Positions 16,484 through 24,596 of a stretch of 64,000 nucleotides of DNA are shown one piece after another. Location of the stretch: sequence record NC_061440.1; one strand, 5' to 3'. A program made the translations under genes and the position numbers. Position 1 is the first letter of the stretch; the number at the start of each line of letters is the position of its first letter. The notes below the pieces were generated by a model that saw nothing but the letters and a program-made list of their open reading frames with translations, made no database searches and was not told the origin of the DNA.

Positions 16484-19400
16484 TTACTGATAGCGCACTG
16501 TGATTACTGCGGTTCCGAACGCACGAGCGTTTGTGCGATAGATCAAGACGTTCTCTGTCAAGTTATCATACACAACCTTTCCTACGATTGGTCCCTTCTT
16601 ACCGTTATCTCCAGTGACAGGCCATTGAGCACCATCGAACCCAAGCCACCCTTTGTTTACTGCGCCTGTGCTGTCTGCGGCTGCTGCGAAAACAGCTTGA
16701 CCGTATGACTGCCTAACAACAAAGTAACCGTATTCATCTGTCTTGGTAGACAACACGAACTGACCACCGTTGTTAGAACGCAAGCGCGTAGGCAATTGAG
16801 CGAGCGCAATGCTAACGCCTGTTATACCGAATGGCGCAATGCCGAAGCGTGGATAGGACGACATAGCTTTCATGAAGTGCGTCTGTGTTAAGCGCTGCTG
16901 ACCTTCGGTATACAGTGCTTTCACACCGAAATCAGTATCGTTCAATAACAGGCCGATGGTTAGGCGTCCAGTCTGCGCGTTGATTGATATGCCTTGCACG
17001 TCAACCACGTCACCCTTACTGTTCGTTATCTGCCACAAGCATTTCGCACTAACATCATCTTTGACGAACGTACCAGTGCGGCCTAACAGCGCATTCATCT
17101 GCATAGAGCTATCATCACGAACGTTGGTGTAACCGCCGACTGTAAGGTCTTGCGGGAAACCTACGCCAGGACAAGTAATCTCTTGCACCAGACTGATTTC
17201 AGTACGCTGCTCGGTAATGATACATTCCACCTTCACTGTCTGTGGGTCTTTCGAGGCAGGGAAACGGAACGTGCCGTCTTGAGCCAAGCTGAATCCACTT
17301 ACAGAGTTGATGACGTTCCATTTAAATTTAACCGAGTTCGCATCTGGAATCGCGGACGAACCACCAGCACCAGAACGACGCTGATAGTAAGCGATAAAGC
17401 GATAGTCAGTGTTCGGGTTAATATTGCCTGCAGGATTCTCGATGTAGCCGTTAAGAATCGTGTTCTGCGTCTGCAACTGAATGGTACGAGTACCTGTGAT
17501 TGTCTCGTCTGCTAACGACTGAGGGTTTTGTTTGGTGAATACCGCACGTAGCCCAATCTGACCGTCAGAGAGTTGTGACTGACCGATAAACAGGTGACCA
17601 TTGAGTGGGTCAATAGACACACCGTCCACGTTAGTCTCATCACCAATAGACCAGATAGCATCAGTAGACAGGAACTCATCGTCAGGGTCAATGATGACAC
17701 GCAGCGAGTAAGGGACATACCAGCGACCGTTCTCATAACCAATAGTTGGGTTACGATCAGACACATCCCAAACAACGTCTGGGCCTACGATACCAATCTG
17801 ACGGAGATACGTGTTTGCCTGTACGAGGAATACAAGCAGCGTCTTCTCAATCTGATATTGATCACAGGTGTAACGAGCACGAAGCATCACAGCACCATTG
17901 ACGTTCTGGCTTGGCGTGAGAGTACCTTCCGCATCAATCTCCGCAACCACGTCAGTCGTAGGAATCAGGACTTGCGTGTTGTTCGGACCATCTTGCGTGT
18001 AGTAGTTCTGCACAACAGACCATTCAGAATCAACTTCGAGGTCAAACGTTCGAGGAGTTTCTTCTGCATACGAACCATCGAGAGTACGCATTACACCACC
18101 GGTCTTATATGTGTTAACCAGAGTGTAGGACTCGTTCAACACACCAGCAGAGATTTGCGTGGCACCTTCGATGCGGCTGTTAATGATGTTGTTTATGCTT
18201 TGCTTAGGTGCAGGCGAAACAATCAGGTCGATCTTATTGCTCACACGGAAGAATGAAGCAATGACCTGCGTGTACGTGTCGTAATCAGTCAGGCTCTTAC
18301 CTGTTTGGAGAATCGCACCATCGTAATACGCTTTATCCAGATCTGCCAGACTACCGATAGCGTTGAACATAGGCAGTTTGCTTACGTCCATACTACGGAA
18401 GTCTTTGTAATCAACAGGCGCACGTCCTTCGATGATCTCAACCACAGCAGAACCAGAGTAACGACCAGGCGAGAACTGCAAGAACTTGTACTCGTCTTCG
18501 TTTTTCTCAGGCCAGTTGCCTGTCCACTCTGCGGCTGTCACGTATTCCTGTGAGCCATCAACATAAGTTGCGAGCAAACGGACGAACGTGCGAGACTTCT
18601 CATACATCGTGTCTGGGCATTCAATCGTGATACTATCTACCAGCGAACGCACAGGGATAAGCTGTAGGTCACGATAGTTGGTGAGCGTTGTACCTTCGAA
18701 CTCGTAGGTCAGGTGCACACGCGCAGAACCATGCAGGTCACCCTGATAGTAAAGCACATACTCTTTGACGCTACGTTTCATCACAGGGTCATAAACATCA
18801 ATCGTGGAGAAACTGATATTCAACGTCACCCAGCGAGCGTAGTCAGGATTGTCTGGGTCAAATTGACTTGGGTCCTGTCCTTGTTCGACTGCCTGTTGTT
18901 GTAGCCTGATAGTACGAGCGCGAGCTTCTTCACGCGCACTATCTGACGGAAGATACTCAACCGTCGCAGCAGCCGCAGCAGCGTAGGACAGGCCGTTATT
19001 CCACAGGCACATAATCGGCAGCATGAGCGTAGAGCCGCTACTGATTGTTGGTGAGCTACGCAGGTCAACCGATTTAGGAATCATGATCGTATCGTTAATC
19101 ATGATGATGCGATTGAACGTCTGCACACCAGAACCTTCGATGTACGAGAAGTTAAGCGCATACGGCAGAGCGTTCCCATCAACCAATGGAGCTTCGAACT
19201 CACCTGTCTGCTGGTCAACACGAGGCAGAGCGTTAACGCCAGTAGCAGAGTCTTCGCTACTAAACCAGATGCCAAACACTTCGGTGTATGCAACCACAAT
19301 TGTAGGGTCACGCGCAGCAATCTGTTCAGCAGTAGCAGAAGCCAGCACATACAACGCCATTGCTTTTGGGCGAATGATATCACGTTCAACCACAGTATCA

Positions 19401-21019
19401 AGAACAACAATGTCGATTGTCGCAAGATTAATCTCTGGCGCTTTCAACACAACCTGCTTAACTGCTTCGACAGGCACAACGTTACCGAATGCTGCATAGA
19501 TGGACGTCATGTAGTCTTGGCGCATCACCTTAGATTTGAGAACGTTCTCCACAATCTCGGTGTGCTCGCTGGTGGTACGTGCTTGAGCCACGCCCAGCTT
19601 AGACGTTCCATCGTTGTACGTAACGGCGTAACGCAGACTGAACTCCTCGCCTTGAGGAATCTCATCATCAACAATGATACGCAGCTCGGTCGGCACCAAA
19701 TCTTTCACGCTACGATTAACGTCAAACTCTTTGGTCTGGGACATATCAAACTGTCCCTGATACTTGACGTTGATATCAATCTTCGTATCGGCGTCCACGC
19801 TAGGCAAATTGAGAGTTGTACCATTGAATGTGCCGAGGGAAGAGGACAGAGCGATCATGCCACTATCGGTCAGTTCTTTGGTCGAGCCTGTTGCAAGGTA
19901 CTTACCATACACCCGCACCTTAGCGCTGGCGTTACCGTACAGCGTTGGGCATTCGATTGTCAGTTCATCAGGGTCAGGCTCAACACCCATAGGATAGATG
20001 CGAGACTCAAGAGGCTGACTGGTTCCGTTGTACGTTAGAGTCAGATTGATAACAGAGATGGCCAGAGGCTCATTGAAGCGCACTGCATTACCGTCGCGTT
20101 CTGCAATCCAATCAGAGTCTTCTACCCACACCTCTACCGTTTCTTCCGTACTGTCACTGTAGCTGATAACAGCGCCAAACGTAGTCCACTCGCCACCGCG
20201 AATGAACTCAGGCTGGATGAATGCGATTGAGGACTGGATAGGTCTACCAACGTTGAAACGACGTATTGGTTCGACAACGACGTGAGCACCGAGATACAAC
20301 TTCGCACCGATATTAATCGCGGCATAGACACCCTCCAATACTTCTTCGATAGGCGCCCACTGATAGAACAGGTCTGCAATACGGCGCTGGAACATTGCGC
20401 TTCGTGCCGTGTACTGTTCAACATCGTTATTCACAGGTTCAAAGCCGATATGGTTGTTGAACCAATCTTCCGCTTCTTGCTGCGTCATGCCCACTTCTTG
20501 CAGAGCGTTAACAACATCCTGTTCTGCATCTTTCGTGATCGTCAGGTCAAGGCCACCGTCAATTAGATGTGCATCGACTTCGAGATTCACCTTGTTCGTT
20601 TTGTACCACGTACCTCCGTCTTGAATGAGAGTACCAAGAGGTGTGGGCACGAATGTCTGATAGTCCGCCGTATATAAGCGCGTAGAATCAAACTGACCAC
20701 CGAGAAGCATACCAACGAACTTAGGCCATTGAGTAGTACCAGACACCTGCTGCCAATCAGGCAAACAGTCAATGACGCGTTTCAGCGAAGGCAAACGATA
20801 CTGCATCAGGTCGCGTGTGATGTTGATGCCAAGCTGGCGAATAGCAGCTTCGGCCAGCTCGTCGTTTGTGTCTGCGGTGATACGACGAAGGTCCAACAGT
20901 TGTTGAATGACTGTCAGGTTCTGTTCGTCGTTGTGCGCGTCAAGCATCTCGAACAACTCTGCCCATGCTGGATTGCTTTCAATGAAGTCAATGTTGAAGG
21001 CTAGAGTGTTTGTCTTCAC
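16484..21019 (-). CDS. Large baseplate wedge / fibre protein with tandem Ig-like domains (1511 aa)
   Basis: N-terminal ~250 aa look like a wedge subunit (LGINIT...LP...GT..W...G..L). Then repeated Ig-like units (i.I..P..v.E...y...Y.DGS...W). Directly follows the gp6-like gene. Confidence 0.7.
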   Translation of the reverse strand: MKTNTLAFNIDFIESNPAWAELFEMLDAHNDEQNLTVIQQLLDLRRITADTNDELAEAAIRQLGINITRDLMQYRLPSLKRVIDCLPDWQQVSGTTQWPKFVGMLLGGQFDSTRLYTADYQTFVPTPLGTLIQDGGTWYKTNKVNLEVDAHLIDGGLDLTITKDAEQDVVNALQEVGMTQQEAEDWFNNHIGFEPVNNDVEQYTARSAMFQRRIADLFYQWAPIEEVLEGVYAAINIGAKLYLGAHVVVEPIRRFNVGRPIQSSIAFIQPEFIRGGEWTTFGAVISYSDSTEETVEVWVEDSDWIAERDGNAVRFNEPLAISVINLTLTYNGTSQPLESRIYPMGVEPDPDELTIECPTLYGNASAKVRVYGKYLATGSTKELTDSGMIALSSSLGTFNGTTLNLPSVDADTKIDINVKYQGQFDMSQTKEFDVNRSVKDLVPTELRIIVDDEIPQGEEFSLRYAVTYNDGTSKLGVAQARTTSEHTEIVENVLKSKVMRQDYMTSIYAAFGNVVPVEAVKQVVLKAPEINLATIDIVVLDTVVERDIIRPKAMALYVLASATAEQIAARDPTIVVAYTEVFGIWFSSEDSATGVNALPRVDQQTGEFEAPLVDGNALPYALNFSYIEGSGVQTFNRIIMINDTIMIPKSVDLRSSPTISSGSTLMLPIMCLWNNGLSYAAAAAATVEYLPSDSAREEARARTIRLQQQAVEQGQDPSQFDPDNPDYARWVTLNISFSTIDVYDPVMKRSVKEYVLYYQGDLHGSARVHLTYEFEGTTLTNYRDLQLIPVRSLVDSITIECPDTMYEKSRTFVRLLATYVDGSQEYVTAAEWTGNWPEKNEDEYKFLQFSPGRYSGSAVVEIIEGRAPVDYKDFRSMDVSKLPMFNAIGSLADLDKAYYDGAILQTGKSLTDYDTYTQVIASFFRVSNKIDLIVSPAPKQSINNIINSRIEGATQISAGVLNESYTLVNTYKTGGVMRTLDGSYAEETPRTFDLEVDSEWSVVQNYYTQDGPNNTQVLIPTTDVVAEIDAEGTLTPSQNVNGAVMLRARYTCDQYQIEKTLLVFLVQANTYLRQIGIVGPDVVWDVSDRNPTIGYENGRWYVPYSLRVIIDPDDEFLSTDAIWSIGDETNVDGVSIDPLNGHLFIGQSQLSDGQIGLRAVFTKQNPQSLADETITGTRTIQLQTQNTILNGYIENPAGNINPNTDYRFIAYYQRRSGAGGSSAIPDANSVKFKWNVINSVSGFSLAQDGTFRFPASKDPQTVKVECIITEQRTEISLVQEITCPGVGFPQDLTVGGYTNVRDDSSMQMNALLGRTGTFVKDDVSAKCLWQITNSKGDVVDVQGISINAQTGRLTIGLLLNDTDFGVKALYTEGQQRLTQTHFMKAMSSYPRFGIAPFGITGVSIALAQLPTRLRSNNGGQFVLSTKTDEYGYFVVRQSYGQAVFAAAADSTGAVNKGWLGFDGAQWPVTGDNGKKGPIVGKVVYDNLTENVLIYRTNARAFGTAVITVRYQ

Positions 21020-22479
21020 TGGTTCATCTTCCTTTCGCTGTAGGTGATGTTAATGCGAAGGTTACGCAGCGCCACATACTCAAGCATCGTGTTAGGAATG
21101 ATATCCTGGACAGGGCTTTCGATGTTGCAGTAGTCCACTACAGGTCTACGCTTAGGCTGGTCTACATCAGTCCAGTCATACAACACACGGTCTGTAATGT
21201 CAGACAGAGCAAGGCGTTTACCCAGCATACCAGGACGGCGCTCAAACAGTTTAAGCACGGACGCTTCGAGTGTAGCCTGATTTGATTCACGCGTACCAGG
21301 TGCGTCAGCGTACAGAGCCACATTCAAGATGCAGTCAATCTGGAGTTTATCAGGGTTCCACGATTGCACATCGAGAGGACTGTGGTACTGTGCAAGCCAG
21401 TTCAAGAACTTCGTCCATTGCGCAGAAGTAGGATTAGGATTAATGCCTCCCCACGTGCTGGTGTTACGAGGCAGAATGCAGCAGCGCACAACGCCTTGCC
21501 ACTCACGATCATTTGGTGCAATCTCCGCCTGACCTTGAACGACAACATCAGCAACGTCTGGATAGAGTGCGATGGCCGCTTTCCATTCGTCTCGGCGAAT
21601 CAGCTTCTTACGACTGCGACCGACGATGGGGCTGTAGTTGCGGTAGTAGTCCACAGGTGTTTCATCAGAACCACCGAGACACGCACTAACAGTCTTGCCT
21701 TGCAGTTGTGAGTTAGACAGGCACTGCACTTTCAGACCGATACTGTCTGTGTTGCTCGACGCACCGAGTGCTTTGATGCCCTGCACTTTCATCGTATAAC
21801 CAACAGGAGGTTGTGCTCCCCACTGCTCACCGCCGAATTGAATCTCAACGTCGCCCTCATCGGTTGTCACGTCGAGGAAGATTTGCTGGTCAGCATATGC
21901 TTCAAACAAACACTTGTCGAAACGCTGGAACTCAATCTTCGTGCCAGTGGGATGTTCGAACCACACACGCAGTTCATCGGTCAACTGGAAGTTCTCGGTG
22001 CCGAGTCGAATCGACATGTAATCGACAGCGTTAGGCACTACCTGACTGAACGTGAATGTTTCGGCAATGATGAAGTCCACGTTTTTAACTTCGCCTGGTT
22101 CCCACTGCGTAACTTCCGCCAACAGGGCGTTGAAGGTACCGATAGTGAACGGCGTGTACTTATCGTATGACTGTTTGATAGACGACAGGTTAGCAACCGA
22201 CGCTGTTACTGTAGATACGGATTTGCGTCCAATATCAACGCCGAGATAGCGGGCGTTAGCGAGGATTGAAGTGTTACGTCTGGCCAGACGACTGAACGCT
22301 TCACGCGCTGCAATCAGGTTAGCATATGAGTTCGTTACACCGATATCGCCGAGCGCATCCGCAAGCAATGACGTCAGGGAACTTACCTGCGCATCCGTCC
22401 AGTAACTCGATTTGTTGATACGCGAAAGGAAGTCTTGTGCAAACTCCTCGTGCGTGGTGTAGGTGTTAAGCATGGACAT
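21016..22479 (-). CDS. Baseplate wedge protein, T4 gp6 / P2 gpJ-like (487 aa)
   Basis: SS.TS.L.D.L...A.REAF...ARR.TSI...AR.LG, EIQFGG...G..PP.G, GG.D.TP, R.D.W..A motifs of the baseplate-J family. Confidence 0.8.
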   Translation of the reverse strand: MSMLNTYTTHEEFAQDFLSRINKSSYWTDAQVSSLTSLLADALGDIGVTNSYANLIAAREAFSRLARRNTSILANARYLGVDIGRKSVSTVTASVANLSSIKQSYDKYTPFTIGTFNALLAEVTQWEPGEVKNVDFIIAETFTFSQVVPNAVDYMSIRLGTENFQLTDELRVWFEHPTGTKIEFQRFDKCLFEAYADQQIFLDVTTDEGDVEIQFGGEQWGAQPPVGYTMKVQGIKALGASSNTDSIGLKVQCLSNSQLQGKTVSACLGGSDETPVDYYRNYSPIVGRSRKKLIRRDEWKAAIALYPDVADVVVQGQAEIAPNDREWQGVVRCCILPRNTSTWGGINPNPTSAQWTKFLNWLAQYHSPLDVQSWNPDKLQIDCILNVALYADAPGTRESNQATLEASVLKLFERRPGMLGKRLALSDITDRVLYDWTDVDQPKRRPVVDYCNIESPVQDIIPNTMLEYVALRNLRINITYSERKMNQ

Positions 22480-22481
22480 GG

Positions 22482-22904
22482 TTACTGGGACCTCATGGCA
22501 AACGTAACGGATTCTTTCGATTCGAGCTTAGGACAGCGCCACGTAACGATACACACGTAGGTCTGTTCGTATTGCTCGCTCATTGTACACGCTGTCTGCA
22601 CGTTGGTCACATCATTCGTAAGACCATTAGCTGGGTCTTCGAGCGCAAGGCGCATGTACGTTGCAATCCAGTCGGCTGTAGTCTGGTCGAAAGGTTCAAA
22701 TAGGTATTGATACACGTCAGCACCAAACGACTCACGCCATTTGCGAGACTTTTTGCGAGTACCAATGACCATTAAAATCTTCTGGACAATGCTGTCCATG
22801 TTCTGCACGTTATCGCGCGGTTCAAGTTGAATCCACGCATTGATATCACAATAGACTCGCTCGCTGATAGGAACGTCTATTAGTCTGACTCCGATTCCTG
22901 CCAT
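22482..22904 (-). CDS. Baseplate wedge protein, gp25/gpW-like (140 aa)
   Basis: SIVQKILMVIGT.K.SR.WR..FGADV..YLFEPFD..TA is the typical gp25 signature. Confidence 0.8.
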   Translation of the reverse strand: MAGIGVRLIDVPISERVYCDINAWIQLEPRDNVQNMDSIVQKILMVIGTRKKSRKWRESFGADVYQYLFEPFDQTTADWIATYMRLALEDPANGLTNDVTNVQTACTMSEQYEQTYVCIVTWRCPKLESKESVTFAMRSQ

Positions 22905-23194
22905 TAGCCAAATCTCACGTTAGAGCTACCGTTAGAAGCTGTGTCACCACAACTGTTTCCATCACCAGCACGTTGAGCGGGCTTGCCGTTAACACGCACA
23001 CTGGAGCTTGATGTTGCTTTACCAACATGCGGAGGTTTCTTAGGCTTCCAGTGTGGTTTATAGGCGTCACCGCTGCGAACGCTTCCCTTGCCGTTGACAA
23101 GCACATTCGTTGATGCCTGTGCTGGGACGACAGGGAAATAACCGCTGTGACCTGTAGACAGATCTGCGCCAAGTCGAATAGCTTTCTGACCCAT
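22904..23194 (-). CDS. PAAR-repeat spike-tip protein (T4 gp5.4-like, 96 aa)
   Basis: RLGAD.STGH, NVLVNGK...R.GD...H, VRVNGKPAQRAGD..SCG, GSSNV.FG. Confidence 0.9.
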   Translation of the reverse strand: MGQKAIRLGADLSTGHSGYFPVVPAQASTNVLVNGKGSVRSGDAYKPHWKPKKPPHVGKATSSSSVRVNGKPAQRAGDGNSCGDTASNGSSNVRFG

Positions 23195-23217
23195 GATTAT
23201 TCTCCTCTGTTAGACAC

Positions 23218-23225
23218 AAATTAGC
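23218..23225 (-). promoter_or_regulatory. GCTAATTT motif (candidate late promoter)
   Basis: Immediately after a terminator and 24 nt upstream of the PAAR start. Confidence 0.6.
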
Positions 23226-23239
23226 TTGTTAGGCCGCAG

Positions 23240-23270
23240 AAACAAAAACGGGCAGCCTCATGGCCACCCA
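23240..23270 (-). terminator. Rho-independent terminator closing the structured region
   Basis: GGGTGGCC-ATGA-GGCTGCCC-GTTTTTGTTT. Confidence 0.8.
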
Positions 23271-23303
23271 GTTTCTGTGCTTGGATTTGTGTCGCCCATT
23301 CCC

Positions 23304-23462
23304 TCACACCCGAAGCGAGTGCCCGACGGCTTTAGCCGATGAGCCGGAATGAATGTCCGAGAGTGACGATACACCTGGTATCGACAGCATGTGACTCTCG
23401 GGCCATGATAGCAATAGACCAAGCATCGCTATTGCCACCAGCGACACTAAGAACAAAAGCAT
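23304..23462 (-). CDS. Possible 52-aa hydrophobic peptide (MLLFLVSLVAIAMLGLLLSWPESH...)
   Basis: GAGGAG SD 7 nt before ATG and a 19-residue hydrophobic N-terminus. However, it lies within strongly paired RNA and may be incidental. Confidence 0.35.
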   Translation of the reverse strand: MLLFLVSLVAIAMLGLLLSWPESHMLSIPGVSSLSDIHSGSSAKAVGHSLRV

Positions 23463-23521
23463 GTTTCGCTCCTCGTGTCTTACTTTAAATAACTACGTTT
23501 GATCAACTGGTACTTTGTTCT

Positions 23522-23549
23522 GCTCGTCGCCCAACATCACTTGAGTATC
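23522..23549. repeat. 28-bp direct repeat, copy at 23522
   Basis: GCTCGTCGCCCAACATCACTTGAGTATC, identical to 23911-23938. Confidence 0.95.
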
Positions 23550-23910
23550 AGAACGTTTCTCTGTCTTTACCGCCTACGTTGCGGTTATACCGCGCACGAC
23601 ACTCACATATCAAGGGCACTCGGCGGAAAAGGTAAGTTCCGAATGTCCTAACAACATGAGTGAAGCGAAGGAGGTCCCGTATCGGTGATCTGCAGGGGTT
23701 CACGCACTTTTAACATTCGCTTCTTTGTGCATTAAATCTTTCGTGGACTCGAATGCCCTGCTAATCATTCCACTAAGATATTTCACACCCTATTGTGAAC
23801 GGGTCAAGCTATGGCAGCACGTCAGCACGGCAGGCAGCGGACACACTCCATTAAGCATTGTTAAGGGCAATGCTCAACAGGCTGTGAACAGCTTGGTCGG
23901 AATAGGTTTC

Positions 23911-23938
23911 GCTCGTCGCCCAACATCACTTGAGTATC
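23911..23938. repeat. 28-bp direct repeat, copy at 23911
   Basis: Identical to 23522-23549. Confidence 0.95.
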
Positions 23939-24524
23939 TCGACCTAAACTTTTACTCTCCACACGACTACAAGGAAGAATCGCGTTTCTGTGACCTGCGG
24001 ATGTTTATCACTCTCAGACTCTTGAGCCACTATCTGGAAGCTAACACGTTGAGTCGTCCGCTGGATGACGTGTTAGCTCTCCTCTCCTCGTCGTGCGAAG
24101 GCCAGAGTGGTAGCTGATGGATTGTCATGAAGTCCTGACAGGAGTCATCGCTTCCCAATGCACACAGGGTGAAAGCCTATGCACATCAGGCAGCGTCTGC
24201 TGCGATACTGCTATCCCCTTGAGAGTGGCCATAGCGTTGAGTTTGCGCTTCGCCAGTCTACGTGCCTGGAAGGTATCTGCCGTGCCTATGTCTGCATTCA
24301 GCATGGTTCCTTTGCTGGGCCTTTTGGGCGTCAGCGACAGAGCAGATATTCATCACGTGGGTGCCGGGGTTGTCCTCACGATTACAGAGCGAACTCAAAC
24401 CGGCTGGAGGCCCGTATGCTCAGGAATGCACATACGAGTTTACCAGAAGAACGGCCCCGCTATGGTAGCGTTCTTCCGAGACATACTGATATTACTATCT
24501 GCAATTTTTATTTACAGATTTTTC

Positions 24525-24587
24525 TTAACCTTCGCCCCAACCACAAGAAGCAGGTTTACCGTCACCGTAACCGATTTTAAACAGCAT
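24525..24587 (-). CDS. Possible 20-aa sORF MLFKIGYGDGKPASCGWGEG
   Basis: TAAGGA SD overlaps the upstream stop, with ATG 7 nt later. Confidence 0.25.
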   Translation of the reverse strand: MLFKIGYGDGKPASCGWGEG

Positions 24588-24596
24588 AGTTAGTCC

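Larger units (their letters stand above)
23240..24500 (-). ncRNA. Candidate large structured non-coding RNA (~1.25 kb)
   Basis: No credible long minus-strand ORF. Many local hairpins and nested 8-11 bp long-range helices. Several pairs are G-U on the minus strand but A-C on the plus strand. Ends in an intrinsic terminator. Confidence 0.6.

Noticed and set aside
23522-23938. 28-bp repeat as a CRISPR array or CRISPR-repeat mimic
   Set aside because: There are only two copies with a 361-nt gap, no cas genes in the window, and no similarity to the I-E or I-F repeats I know.
23240-24500. Group I or group II intron, RNase P RNA, tmRNA or tRNA cluster
   Set aside because: No interrupted gene flanks the region. 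A TAGACTG/TAGTCG pair could mimic P7, but the conserved J6/7 and J8/7 sequences are missing. I found no domain V, no RNase P P4 motifs and no tRNA-like ends. An Infernal search would settle this.
23725-24593. Plus-strand ORFs of 130, 158 and 133 aa inside the structured region
   Set aside because: They oppose all local transcription, use weak starts without SD, have atypical composition, and the G-U pattern favours a minus-strand RNA. They cannot be fully excluded without conservation data.
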